A DNA stretch of 63,814 nt, counting the filler, from Folioceros fuciformis (Eukaryota): assembly GCA_049999805.1 (NCBI GenBank). It is 4 parts of 4 records of this genome, joined end to end, with 100 filler letters (N's around TTAATTAATTAA, not from the genome) between each part and the next. Parts side by side here need not be neighbours in the genome. Positions count along the whole stretch, not along the records: positions 45,485 to 62,695 come from JBNGIO010006348.1; 3 more parts are not named here. One strand, written 5' to 3'. Position 1 is the stretch's first letter. The number at the start of each line of letters is the position of its first letter. Made by a program: the position numbers and the translations under genes. The notes beneath the pieces are model-generated. The model did not search any database. It saw only the letters and a list, made by a program, of their open reading frames with translations, and was not told the origin of the DNA. Below, one piece after another: positions 48,301-61,297 of this stretch.

Positions 48301-48938
48301 TAGGTGAAGTTTGGAAGCCATGCTGACGGCTTGATAGGTGCTAGCCAGCTTGTCCCAAACTTCCTTGGAGGTTGTCAACTTACTAAGAAAGGGTATTTGA
48401 CGATCTCCCACATGGAGAATAAGATCGGAAAGTGCTTTAGAATCGCGTTGTAACCAAGCAGGCTCATCAGCATGGCCTGCTGAAGGTTTGACATCGGTTC
48501 CATCAACCACCTTCCACAAATCATTTCTTAGTAATAACATTCTTAATTTGACACTCCAAGTATGATAATTAGTACTGGTGAATTTGTCAATTTGATAGGT
48601 TCTGGAAACATTGCTCACAGACGCCATGATACTTTGTAGTAGAAAAACCAACAAAGCAAACTGGAGTATAAGAACACTGATTTGAGGTTTCAAGAACCGT
48701 GCCAAAGTTTTAAAATAAGTTCTATAAAGAACCTCTATAAGAGTCTAAAAGAAGGAAGTTCTATAAAGAACCGCCATAGAACTTGTAAAAGTTCAAGAAA
48801 GGTCATTGCCGATTATGCAGCGGAGTGCACACATCGACCAGCAGTCTCTTAGATTCAAGAACATTACAAAGAACATTCTGTGAAATTAGACGTAGAAAAT
48901 ATTTTGTGGTTTCTACATGCAAGACCACCGCATCTAAC

Positions 48939-49020
48939 TGCCTCTGAGATTGTGACATTGCCTCTGAGATTGTGACATTGCCTCTGTGATTGTGACATTG
49001 CCTCTGTGATTGTGACATTG
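48939..49020. repeat. 20-bp tandem repeat x4 in the Copia leader
   Basis: TGCCTCTG[A/T]GATTGTGACAT x4. Confidence 0.92.
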
Positions 49021-49160
49021 GTCATGATGGACAAGAATCCCAGAAAAGAGAGGAGACAGGGTCTAAAAATTCTGCTGTCTACGCTCCCACAGTATGGACA
49101 GGTTTTGCCAATGTCATTAGAGACCTTGGCAGAATTGCATTGGAGCATTGCTCTAGCCAT

Positions 49161-49172
49161 GCTCTGATACCA
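49161..49172 (-). other. Primer-binding site for initiator tRNA-Met
   Basis: TGGTATCAGAGC directly after the LTR end ...AAGACA on the minus strand. Confidence 0.9.
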
Positions 49173-49353
49173 TGTCTTAAAACACAGGCACGGCACTGGC
49201 GACCGTCTAAACAAGGATCACATGATCGGATCGAAAGAGTATGTTTTCATTGGATCGGGAGAGGGTATGTAAGAAGTGGCGCAGCACAGACGGTCACATC
49301 GGTTCGCACGTGAACGTCGCCAGTTAGTGTTATTCTAAACGGGCATTGTAACA

Positions 49354-49967
49354 AAATCCACCACTGTCACGACACCAGATTTGCTGCTGCTGTCCTCCCT
49401 AACCGATCCAATCATGATGGACAACTCTTGAGCCCGTAGTTTCTCAAACTGCTGGAATCTCTTGTTGTTCAGGAGCTCCATGACAAGTACCTTTCTACAT
49501 AACAGACAAGCGTCAAATCCTGAGCTGGCTGCCGGTCACTTAGAAGTGGATGCTCGACTGCACTCCGTTTCTACCATGCCTCATGTTTTTGTATTGCGCA
49601 TTATAAGGGCAGTACGCGAGGTGACTGTCTCCATACAAAAGATAGTCCTTGGCAACTATATTGGGCCTGTCTGCGAAATTCTGGTCGTGAACCTGTAGCA
49701 TCTCTCTGGCCAGTTCTGGTGAAGACACAACAAGAGCTGGCTTCGATCCCAATCTGATGGAAAATAAAGGCCCGTACACCTGGGAGATGCGAAAGAGCTC
49801 CTCATGCGGGGCAGGGGTCATAAAAATGGAGAGGTTTCCAAGGATTGGAACTCCCTTGGGCCCTGGAGGAAATCTGAGCACCTTTGCCCGTGCTTTGCCA
49901 CGAGAACACAAGCACTCAGCATTGCCAACCCGACCAGGATCCATGACAACACGACGGTGCCCTCCAT
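49354..49967 (-). pseudogene. Cytochrome P450 (CYP71-clan-like) 5' portion, frameshifted and interrupted by the Copia element
   Basis: Anchor MEGTVVLSWILVGLAML; frameshift near 49878; FPPGPKGVPILGNL, YGPLFSIRLGSKPALVVSSPELAREML, FADRP; intron about 49494-49579 (GC-AG); exon 2 KVLVMELLNNKRFQQFEKLRAQEL...VVDF, then the LTR. Confidence 0.85.
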
Positions 49968-51365
49968 GGGATGCTTGGGAGTGCAGTTCTACTGGTGGAG
50001 AAGATGTACTCGCCGTGCTTGTGCTTTATGGAACCGTTCTGTCGTGGATCGAGCTGCATCCAGGTGTCGAGGACGAGACTTGACTTGAATCTACTTTTGC
50101 TCGCTATTTTATTTTTATTTGAAGTTCTTTTGTCGTACTTGGGGCGGCGAAATCTGTGTGTCTGGACGTACAGGGTACTTCGAAATTTTATGATTTTTCC
50201 GTAAAGCGTTTCACAGAAAGTGAGAGTGTCACTGCCTGTGGGGAGGTGAGATTTTGCTGTCTGCCAAAGACAGTACCGTCCTGAGCTTGACGATCCAACC
50301 ATTTGTTTCCCAAACCTTGAGACAAATTTGAATTTGATTATATGCTTCAATTGCTGTGCTGTCTCTTTTGATGTGGAAATGCTATGCGTTAACAAAGGTT
50401 GGATGGAAACTGATTGGATTTGTGCAGGTCAGGTCCACAACAAAGTAGGTTCCAGAGGTGGATGTCTCTGGAGGCGTGATAGTAGGGAGGAGCTTGTCTT
50501 GCTTATCAGTAGGTACGACAATACAAAGCCGAAGCCGGGAATCAAGAGTATACCGAGGTGGATGTGCTGGAAGTCCCATGAGTAGGTGGCACCAATGTTG
50601 GAAACTCATCTCTCTCTCATGGCATGAATGGGATTTTGCATATGTGCTACTTACAAAGCACGTGCACTAGAAAATATTTATGACTGTTGCATGTCGTACC
50701 TGTGTCTCTCAGGAGATGAGGGCATGCACTGTGCTGACCACAAGGTCGAACATGCTATAGACTGTACAGGGTTGTGTGTTTCCGATGTATCTTTCAGGGT
50801 TTGCCTGGAGTTTTAGGAATGGGTGACAACGCCACAATGAGCAGCGTAAAATCCTAAGGCCATAGCCCTTGGTTGCAGGGTGGGTTTTTTGGAAGGATTC
50901 CACCCCCAAGCCCAGTGGCCCTGACAAGACTTTGCCAGCACACGGGCGTCGCAGGTTACAGAACCCGTTCCTCAACGACATCCCTAGTGTTTTGTCTGAG
51001 CCAGTACCACTGGACCAATTCCTTTTGTCTATTCTGAGAAGACAGGAGTCGAAACCGCCTTCCACCTCACAACAATTTGGCCTGCATCTGGAAGCTGTTC
51101 AGGGCCGAAACGAGAGCCCTGTTTTAGCACGATCCTAGGTCATGTGACTGCGGCCACAGTGCTTTTATTTATTTATATGTGAACAAAAATTGAGTTATCT
51201 TTTATTGTACGAAAAAAACTGAGGGAAAATTCCAGCAACACTACTGTCCAATGAAACGTTAAGCTGTTCGCAGGGGAGAGACGATGCACCGTATGGTCAA
51301 AGGTGGACCAGTGCCAACACCCTTACAAGACCAACGGTTCGTACGTTCGACGCGCGTTTTGTCAT

Positions 51366-52445
51366 TCATTTCACGGATACAAATCGGTCCTTACTTAACG
51401 ACGAAATGAACTTACGGTTCGGCTTCGGATCTCTCGTCTTCACTGATTGTTTAGCGTCGGCTGAGCAGGCTGCTGTCCAAGGGCTTTCTGGCGCGCTTTG
51501 AACACCTGTCATATCTGAAAACGCAGAGTAGACGCTGTAGGCATCAGCATCTGCGTCACTGCTGCTGATGGACGAGGATTCGACCTCCGCATCTGGAACG
51601 GTCTCTGTACCTGAGTATGCACCCGCAACCTCCTCAGAGAAAGGCGTATACTGTGGCTTTGAGTTGTTGGCTAATTTCCGCTTATTTTCCACCTGCACGT
51701 CCAGAGTCACGGAAGAGGGCGCCCTACGACTACAAGGCATTGGTGTCGGCTCCCTTGAAAACATATCCAGTGGACGCCTTCCCCCAGAATCTCTGGCCCA
51801 TGGAACATTCCCCGAAGATGTTGAACCAGGCGAAAATCGTCCAGAAATAGCTCCAAACTCCGAAACATCTGCAACCCGAAATACCCTGTCATCAGTCGTG
51901 CTGATTTCGATCCTACAAGATGGCATAGCTCTGGGCCCGGAATATGTGGAATCTGTGTTCCTGTCAATCGTTAATGCCACGTGACCAACGGGACGCTCCG
52001 CGTCTCTTGACGTATTATCCAGGCGAGTTCTAAGCTTGTCCCAAAAGCAATTGGACACTACTACAGCGGTTTGTGACACTATCATAAGGAAGAAAGTGAT
52101 TTGGCAGAAGAGAACCACTTCAGAAGCTGCTTTGGTGGTCTGCCAGCCAGATTGGAGAAGAAGAAAAACCACAACATCCTTGCGCAGTGTCATATAGAGA
52201 AAGACTCCCACTGAAAGGAGGAAGGAGAGAGAAAAAACTGCCCATTGTGTCCATCGGCATGCCCTCTGATATTGTGCAACACAACCGAAGAAGCCCGAAG
52301 TGACAGAGAAAGTTGAGACAACCATCGGAACATATGCTGGAAACCTAGGTGAGCCAGGCTCAAACCAGAATAGAACTCCAATGCTAGTTGATGCGAAGCC
52401 GATCACGAGAACGTTCAGGCAGCATAAAATAGGTCTGGCTTGCAT
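51366..52445 (-). CDS. Unknown protein with four N-terminal transmembrane segments and a Ser-rich disordered tail (359 aa from ATG 52445)
   Basis: Long open frame with four hydrophobic stretches in the first 135 aa; paralog at 55330-56203. Confidence 0.65.
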   Translation of the reverse strand: MQARPILCCLNVLVIGFASTSIGVLFWFEPGSPRFPAYVPMVVSTFSVTSGFFGCVAQYQRACRWTQWAVFSLSFLLSVGVFLYMTLRKDVVVFLLLQSGWQTTKAASEVVLFCQITFFLMIVSQTAVVVSNCFWDKLRTRLDNTSRDAERPVGHVALTIDRNTDSTYSGPRAMPSCRIEISTTDDRVFRVADVSEFGAISGRFSPGSTSSGNVPWARDSGGRRPLDMFSREPTPMPCSRRAPSSVTLDVQVENKRKLANNSKPQYTPFSEEVAGAYSGTETVPDAEVESSSISSSDADADAYSVYSAFSDMTGVQSAPESPWTAACSADAKQSVKTRDPKPNRKFISSLSKDRFVSVK

Positions 52446-55329
52446 TTGAACCACAACCCAGGCCACAGCGACGCGGTCGCATATTCTATCCAACAACCAG
52501 CCGGTGTGAGATAATTCTCAAAAACATGGTATCCGAAAAATAGGGTTAATCTTCCCTGGTTGCCTTCGCAACCTCTGCCATAAGAAACTGCACAGCAGCA
52601 AGAAACAGCACGTACAAAGAGCACAGTTCAGCGCATATCGGAACACAACGCCTGTGCATCACTTTAAGTTAGGAGTCTTTGCATGAAGCTGACCAGCATT
52701 CTGCCTATCCCACCTACCATGTGTCTCCGTCAGGGCCCTCGTGATACTCTCCTACGACGCTATCATGAATAGGGACTACTTCCACCAAGCGGACACAAAC
52801 AATTTTGATTTCAAGGGTTTCATACCTTGAACTTGTGAGCACTAGCACTAGCGGTACTGCCAGCCGTTTGGCTACAAACGCAGGAGCATCATGGAAGCAT
52901 ATCGATTGCAGTGCAGCGGAAACTTGCAGCAGAAAAAGATACCTCAACTACAGTTCCGCAAAGCAAAGACTCTAGCACGGGAATCAGAGATCCTGCAATG
53001 ACAACTCATCGGCACGCCACACCTCGGTTAGCCATCTTTCTCATGACAAGGGGGACAGAATTCGAGTAGTTGGAGGCTCACAGTCATGCATAGCCTAGAG
53101 CTATTTCCACAGCACACTGTCGTACCAAATGAGGCCTTGGAGATCTCGAATCAGATGTAACAAATGCCAAATGGTCCACTGCAACTCAGAAGCAGTTTCT
53201 CGGGCGGAAGATCTCAAATCCTTGATTCATGATACAATCAAACCACGCAGCAGGGCGAACTGTGGATATCATATGATGCGGCGGAAGTGCTCTGCCCCGA
53301 AGTGTGAAGCTAGGTGGAAGACAGGGCCCGGTACGCTACCAGGAATACTTCTACATACAATTTGAGTACGATCCCCCGCTGAGGCTACGGGTACCGTGAT
53401 TGCGGAGCAGGGGCAACAGGTTGTTTTCTCTTCAAGGTTCTTGCCATAACATGACACGGTTCGCAGGGGACGAGTACGGCGAGTAGGAAGAAGAGCAGCA
53501 GATCGACCGCATCATTCATGCTGATTTGCTTCTTGTGCAGGGAAAGAACTTCTGTGGCCGGGCGCAAAGGTGAAGACGCGATCGCAAGTTGCATGGGGAA
53601 ACGAGATGCAAGCAGTCGAGGATATCCAGACTACGAGCAGAATGTCGAGCACCATAAAACGAGCGTGGATCGTAGAGCCGACGGAACCTTCTGCCCGTCG
53701 CCGTTTCAGGTTCCGGAAGCTTCAACGGCCCTTTCTCAAGCAACCAGCCAGCACAAACCACGGAGTACCGGTTGTTCCTTAAGGTTTGAACAGAGTCTTA
53801 GGGAACCGGGAAAAGAGATCGCATCCTCGTCGGATGCATGCAGCCAAGTCGACATGGCCGAGACGGGGACATCCAGCGATGACGACCATCTTGGCTGGGG
53901 AGAGAGCGGTGGGCGTGAAGCTGAAGTGAAAGGATGCGCCTCCTTTACATCCAAATTCCTGGTCGGGAGGAGGGACCTAGAGTTGTGACGCAGATGCTTC
54001 CTGCTGATTTTCCCGACTCCCACATTTTGGAGTTCGGCGGCGGTGAATCCGCGCACTGGACCCGTGAACATCAGAGTTGCCAAGTTCTTCAACAGGCATT
54101 GGATGGCAGGACCAGGAATGACCACAGCCGGGGAGGAGGATGGGACTCGCATCACTTACCAGCACACGGGCAGGCAGAAACCTGGGCCAGGTTATTTCCA
54201 TTGGTGTGAAGGGGGGATGGTGTGCATCGCCGTTGTGACCCCGCTGTCCGGGCAGCATGGTGGGCACCTGGAAGTTTGGGCGTACAGGTTGGAGATGGAG
54301 GTATTTGCTGAACATATCCAGTAGATTGGATGGCAAGCTAACCATCATTTTGGGGAAGGCCGTGAGGGAGACATTCCAGGTGCTGTACCACTACGAGAGC
54401 CACACCTTAATGATCTGGGCCGGCTGGACGTAAGGAGGACAAATTGTACACCGGCGGGGTGGACATGACACATACACATAAATGGAAGACGAGTACATTC
54501 GGAACGACAATGTCACCAGCAAATGGGCTCTGAAGGGAGATAGATGTCATTCATGTCGTGGCATGTACACCTGTGAAGAGTCTGACGAGTCTTGAGCTCC
54601 AGGACAGAGTAATAACGAACATGCCAATGAAAGTGCAATATCATGTAAAAAGCGTAACAAAAAGTGTTAGAAAACCATAACAAATAGTGTAATAAAATGC
54701 CCCTTATCTAATAGCTATAGCATTATTCTCGGCATCCCTTTAAGTATATTCAAGAGCTTCTAACCATGGACAAGATGTTAGAAGCTAATCTATCGCTACG
54801 CCCATGGAAATGAGCCTCAAGCTTATCAAAGAAGCATACCAGCAGCTTCGATAGTACTCTTACTCCTTTCGCTTCCGCAGTAGGCGGTCTTCTCTATATT
54901 ATTGTGTGCACTAGATAAGACTTATTCTTTTCAGAAAGAGCTCTATGGAAGCTCTTGTTAGCTCCTACCCAAGCTCCTTGGAAGAAAGAGCTCTATTGGG
55001 GTTCTCGTTACCTCCTACTCAAGCTCCTCAAAGAGTAAGATGTCACATATCCAGGGTTGAGGACTGTCACAGATCTTGTTAGCTCCTGCTCAAGCTCATT
55101 GGAAACGTATCCAGGGTTGAAGTGGGTCAAAGTTCTTGCTAGCTCCTACTCAAGATCATTGGAAGGCAGTTAAGAGGGTGTTTCGATACCCGCAGTTAAG
55201 AGGGTGTTTCGATACCTCAAAACCACCTCTGACATAGGGCCCGGTTCATTTGTATTAGATATTAAAAAAATATTAATAATATTATAATTTAACGCTTCAT
55301 TGTTGTACTACATAAAGCTCCAAGGCTGA

Positions 55330-56203
55330 ATGTCAATCTTGACATTTTTACGCCCCGTTAGCACGAGGTTCCGCTTAAGCTCTGTGCACGGACGACATCT
55401 CAAATTCCGTATCTGGAACAGATTCTGTGCTCGAGTATCCACTCACGAGCTCAAAACATCGTGCAAATTGTGGCTTTGGAGTTGCTGGCTAAGTGTCGCA
55501 TCTTTTCCACGTTGAAGTCCCTCGTCGTCACTCTGGCTGCTCTNNNNNNNNNNNNNNNNNNNNNNNNNNNNNNNNNNNNNNNNNNNNNNNNNNNNNNNNN
55601 NNNNNNNNNNNNNNNNNNNNNNNNNNNNNNNNNNNNNNNNNNNGGACTGAAGGGCATGGGCGCCGTTTCCCTTGCAAGACATTCCCGCAGCACAACTTCC
55701 GCAGAATCTCTGGCCCATGGGCCATCCGCCGACGATGTTGACCCATCAGCCATGAAAAACATCCAGAGTGAGATCCGGAATTTGGTACCGAGACGTCTAA
55801 AGCTCGGAATACCCTGTCATTAGAGCGGATCATTTCGATCTTAGCTGAGCATGGCCGGGCCCGAAATGTGTACAATGGAATGTCTTGCATCGCATTCTTT
55901 TGGGCCGCGTGACCAACTGCACTCTCCGCGTCTTGTCCTGCACGCGTGCAACGTCGTAACAAGAGACTCCCGCTAAACGGAGGAAGGCTGAGACAGTAGT
56001 GAAACCTTCCTACCCTGTCCTTTGACACCCAATCTGAAATTGTGCAACACACCCGAAGTGGCAGACAAAGTTGACGAAGCCAAGGGAAAATATGACGGAA
56101 ACCTGGGTAAGGCATGCTCCAACCCATACTGACCTGCAATAGCAGTTGCTGCGAAGCGGATCAGAAGAATGTTCAGCCAGCATAAAAGGGGTGTGATATG
56201 CAT
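55330..56203 (-). pseudogene. Frameshifted tandem paralog of the 4-TM gene (contains an N-gap)
   Basis: MHITPLLCWLNILLIRFAATAI...PRFPSYFP..SSTLSATSG vs MQARPILCCLNVLVIGFASTSI...PRFPAYVP..VSTFSVTSG; DRVFR and GPWARDS blocks lie in different frames. Confidence 0.75.
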
Positions 56204-58274
56204 TTGAACCACAAGCAGCGATGGAGAAGTCGCATATTCTAGACACCTTCCAGCCAGTGCAAGGAATTTCCCAAAGATATGGGTATCCGGAGAACAGGGT
56301 TTATCTTCCATCGCTCCGTTTGCAAGCAAGCTCTGCCACAAGAAACTGTACAGCACCAAATGAAAAAGCACGCACATAGAGCACAGGTCAGCACATATCG
56401 GAACACACTGTCTGTCCATCACTTCTAAGTCTTTTCATCAAGTTACCAGCATTCTGCTGATCCCACCTAACAATGTGTCACAGTGAGGGCCATTGCAACT
56501 CTATCGCAGATAGGGACTGTTTCAAGCTACCGGCCGCACATAATTTCCCTTCGAAGGGGTTCTTACTTTCAACTTGTGAGGATTAGCGTTACTCCAGCCA
56601 GTTGAGTGATGGAAGATATCGTTTGAACGGCAGCGGAAACTGGCAGTAGAAGATATGTCATCAACAGTTCCGCAAAAAAGATAAGACCCCAGCACGGGAA
56701 GCAGAGTTCCTGCCATGGACAATTCATACAAGAACGCAACACCTTGGTCAGCCATCTTTCCCATGACAAGGAGGGACAGAATTCGAGTACTTCTGAACTC
56801 ACAGGCAGTAATTGCAAAGAAACAAATTCTACAGCTGTACACAGTCATACCAAACGAGGCCTTCGAGATCCCGATTTCGATGTAACTAACGCCAAACGCT
56901 CCAATGCACCTCAAAAGCAAATTCTCAGGCGGAAGATTTCAAAGCCTCAACTCAAGATGTAATCAAACCACAAACGTGTATCTATTATGAAGCTAAGTCG
57001 AAGCCAAGGCGCCAAGTACGCTACCAAGAATTCTTCTACAATGATATAATGTGAGTAAAACCTTAAGGTCCCACAGAGGCTGCAGCGGCGGCTTGCGGCT
57101 GCGGCCTGCTCCGCCGCTCAGCCTCCAAGTCTCCAAGATCGGGAACAGGGAATGAAACGAGCTGATCCTTGGCAATAATGTCGGTGAAAAAAAAACACGC
57201 GGCGCAGAGGCCGCCAACGATCGCCAAACCAGCAATGAGAAAGATGAGCACCAGCCCGACCTGGTGATTCATGGCTTAGCTGTTGATTCCCTTCTTAGTG
57301 CGGAGAAGGACGAACAGCTATGGCCGGTGGCAAAAGTGAAGCCGCGATCGCAAGTCCGAAGGGAAGGAGGAGGTGCGAGCAGTGGAGGATATCCCGACGT
57401 GGATGAGGTCATAGGACGGGGGAGCGGGGCGAAAGGGACGTGACGAAAATGTGGCGCGAGCCTGAGAGACGCTAGCCAGCTTGAATGCTTTGAGTACAGG
57501 ACCATCCCAGCACGCACGGCAGTCGAGTCACGAGTCACGACGCGCGTGCATAAGCATCATTCGCACATTTCTGTCCTCCGTTTCGACGTTTCTCCATTGC
57601 TCAACGCACGAGTATGGTTAACCTACAAAGATTCATTACAAGGGTGAAAAGTACACTTTCTGGCTCGCCCCTTCCCTTCCCAGCCCGCTCTACATTCAAT
57701 ATATAGAGTATTTCTCATTTCACCTTTTACTGTTTTACTTGGAAGCCCATGAGCTTGCTCTGCAGGAGGACAAGCATCTAACGCAGGAGAGCTGTCTCGT
57801 CTGACGCCTACGAGCGGACTAGAACTGTCATGATCTTGATGCACAATTACCAAATGCTGATGGGAGTGATCAGCGTGGGCTGACGATCACAAATTTCAGA
57901 GTAGGCGCAACGCAAAATCCAGAAGAGCTGGGGTGCTGCAACAGTACACGAATTCAGGCAAGGCTGATGGGAACCTGAAGGCATACACACGGATTTGCGT
58001 CTTCCCAACTGGTTGTTCTGGGCGTCGGGCATTGGCATGAATGGAGGCCTGCCTTTTCAGGAATAGGGATTGGTACTGTCGACAAAAACGAGGGACAGAG
58101 GAACGTATCTCACAATCCCAGCCACTACTGAAGCGCTGCGTTGCGTCTTCAGACAGTACGAGGAGCAACACAAGAGCGATGGATTGAAGGAAGTCCTGAG
58201 GCAGCTGGATCAGTCCAACTACCGCCCTTCAACAGCTTCAGACTTGGGCGTCCTGCGGCTCACTCAGATTCACG

Positions 58275-59658
58275 TCAGGCATCGTCAGGGGAGCATTCGG
58301 GACTGGGCAACTCGCCATGCCTTGCAGCAGGCGCAGCGTGCATCGATGACACCGACCTGGAGTCGTACTCGGAGCAGCTGGATCGAGAATCGTAGTCGGG
58401 GCTGGCGCGATTGTCCATGTACGACGTGCTGGCGGCGCCCAGGCTGGGCCTGGAGTCGATGTAAGAGTAGATGGGGCGGCAGGAGTCCTGCAGGAACGGC
58501 CTCCCACAGTCGAGGTAGGACGTGGATGCGGGTCCCGGGCGGTTGGGTGCTCGGGACTCGATGTAGGAATTGGTGGTCGGGCTGGGCCGGGAGTCCAGCT
58601 GGTACGAGTTGCAGCTGAGACTCGGCCCTGCCGAGCTGTCCTGCGCTGCGCCATGCTGTAGGTAGGCAGCGTTGAAGCTCACGGCACCGTACCCAGACGG
58701 ACGGTAGTCCATGAAGGAGCTGAAATTGTGGCGCATGGTGTCCGCCACAGCGTAGCTTCCGGCCCCCCCGGCCCTGTAATGGCCCGTGGGGATGCAGGCC
58801 GCGTCGTAGTGGGAGTGGCCCGCGATGCTGCTCCCCCGGGGGCTCACCACGCTCACGCTGTAGCTGGGCTGCTGCGCCAGTCCGATGAAGTGCGCCCCCG
58901 CGCCCCCGAGACTGCCCTGCCCCGACGCCATGCCCGCCAACTGCAGCGCGTGCCCGTGCCCTGCAGCCCATCCAGGACTGAGAACCAGGCAGACAAGACG
59001 ATTGCAAGTGAAATCCATCCCCCATGCACAGACGGACACTATACACAAAACAGAACGCGCGGCTTACCCGCTGCGGCCGCCAATGCCTGCTGCTGCGCAT
59101 GCACCGCCAGTTGCTGCTGGACGTAAGCAGGGTGATGGTGCTGCTGCTGCAGCACGTAGAGCTGCTCCCGCGCGTAGGCCAGCTCCTCCTTGAGCTTCAC
59201 AATCTGACGTGGAAGTGGGAGTCGATTACAGTCCGGATTCCAGCGGCAGCATGCGCCATGCAGCAGCAGTGATTCAGCACGCAAGCAGTGCAAGATGAGA
59301 AGGAGTTGGACAGAAGGTGGTGGCGGGAGGTGGAGGCAGAATCCGGACGCGGACGAATTGGAGCTGCTGCAGGTACCTGGCTCTGGAGGAGGGTGATGAC
59401 GCCGAGGCAGCCGTGGACGGCGTCCTTCTCGCGGGTGTCGGCCTCGTAGACGATGGACTTGACGGCATCCTCGCGCTTGCTGGGTTCCACAAGCTTGAGG
59501 ATGCGGAGGATGTTGCTGACGCCGAAGAGGCGGTGGACGTTCTGGAAGCGCTTCGGCTGGTCCGGAGGGAAATAAGGGGCCAGGGGACAGTCAGGCGCGC
59601 ACTTGCGGCGCTGGTACTTGCAGGCCGCACAGGCCTGCGTGGTGCCGGCGCCGGTCAT
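58275..59658 (-). CDS. LBD: Class I LOB-domain (LBD) transcription factor, LBD27/LBD22-like; exons 59658-59377, 59203-59068, 58960-58275
   Basis: CAACKYQRRKCAPDCPLAPYFP C-block, FQNVHRLFGVSNI...YEA..RE.D.V.GC GAS block, leucine zipper LQSQIVKLKEEL; phase-compatible GT-AG introns. Confidence 0.93.
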
Positions 59659-61297
59659 GGGACACCACTCACACACACTCAAACACACACAATCACTCAC
59701 ACATGCGATCACCAATGGATCTCACGTCTGATGATCCCAGGCTCTCCGCACACGCAGCCGCAGCGGCAGAGGGAGAGGGAGACGGAGAAGCAGAGGCAGC
59801 CGCAGCCGCAGGCAGAAGCAGGCCCAGATCTCGCAAGCAACGCAGACGGAACGAAGACGACGCATACGCACACGCAGACGCAGACGGGTTCGCGTTTCCC
59901 GGCCGCTGGAGCGCGAAGACGATGCAGGCCTTGGCGGTGAGCCACCGCCTTCCTCTTACTGGGAGCCGGCCACCGCGACCTTCTACTCCTCTGACTGCAG
60001 TCCACTGAACCACTTCTACCAAATTAGGTCGCTTGGCTTAGCCAAATAAGGCAGGATTATCGGGGGCCACTCGTCCGGCCAGCCCAGCTTCAGCCCGCAC
60101 CTGCTTTCCTCCGTTTTCTTTGCATCTCAGCTAAATCGGATTACGCCCCGCCCGTCTGGAGTCCCTTGCCTGCAGTCCCTGCCTCTGGCCACACATCAAA
60201 CCCTGGTTTTGCAGCATATGCGAGTATGTTTGCATGCGTGCACTGACAGACACCGCGCCAAGAGCGCTGCTGGTAAAGCACTCCTCAGATTATCGTGACA
60301 GTGTCCAGACCCTGATTTTCTTTCAATGCTTCTCTGCCATGCTCTTCTCTACTGCTATTGGCTGTCACTGGCTGGTAGCCAAGCAGGTGGAGAGTGTAAG
60401 AAATCGCCGTCTTGTTTGTTCCTTTTCACACATCGGGTGCGAAGTGTTTCTGGAATGCTCCATTGCTGGGCGGCATGGATGGATGAAGAAGCTATGCAAT
60501 AAGGCATCGCTAGGTGTCGGGACATGGCAGCCGGGTGGAAGACGGCCAAGAAGAATCCTCACACATCCATTTCTCATTTCAGGCGTGGGGCGTAGTAGAG
60601 GGGTCCAGTCTGATCTCTCCGAATGATTCCAAGATTCGAGGGATAAGAAATTGCTCAGAATGGATCCTTGTTAATGCGTCCAGAACCCAGATTCGAAGGA
60701 TGAGGCATTGCCCAGGCTGACAGGCAGCAACCGAGAGTTGTCGCAGAGCTTAGTTGACGGCTGAGGTAACATCTCGATCGAATTAAGGCACTCAACGTCC
60801 TAAACTGAGGAGGATCACTGGGGTGGATGGACAATTTCCGCGGGTTCAGCCCTAACCGTATCACCTGGCGTTACAAGAACAGCGTTGACGCGGACGAAAT
60901 GGGGGTGTCCTGAAACATCGCGGAACTGGGAAAACTTAAGGCCTACAGCAAGGAAGGAGCCCATTTTCCAAATTGTCCGAAGTTTACTTACCCAGTCACA
61001 AGCCTGACTCAATGTACAGATTCAATCAAAGTCTTGCTCTGCCAGCGTAAGCCCAGTGAGGCTGCACACACTTCCATTCAAAACAGAGCTACTTCCCTCC
61101 CTCAAAATACCTACATGCTTGCTCTTGGCAACCTGCACCTGAAGGATTTATCCGGAGAATCCAACTGCTGCACAGGCTTTAGAAGCAACCGAGCTTTCAA
61201 TTACACGCTTGTCTTAAAGCCTCAAATGGCTCAGATCACTTCACAGGCCACAAGAATCTTGCTACTACTACTCCCCCTACATGTCCACTGCGGCTGC

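Larger units (their letters stand above)
45485..49353 (-). mobile_element. Ty1/Copia element: 181-bp 5' LTR (49173-49353), PBS, gag-PR-INT and start of RT, cut by a gap
   Basis: ATG at 48627; NYHTWSVK, CHYCQKKGH, WYLDTGATEHM, LWHHRLAH, CEGC, DFCGPM, DDFSHF, RADGGGEF, GYRLLD, ARLVARGYTQ, HQMDVQTAFLNG; in-frame TAG at 46819 and 45814; LTR TGTTAC...AAGACA. Confidence 0.93.

Noticed and set aside
53850-54435. Broken plus-strand ORFs between the duplicated blocks
   Set aside because: No recognisable motif; cannot be assigned without a search
58285-59100. 271-aa alternative minus-strand ORF overlapping LBD exon 3
   Set aside because: Splice phases select the 58275 frame; the alternative is a GC-rich shadow frame
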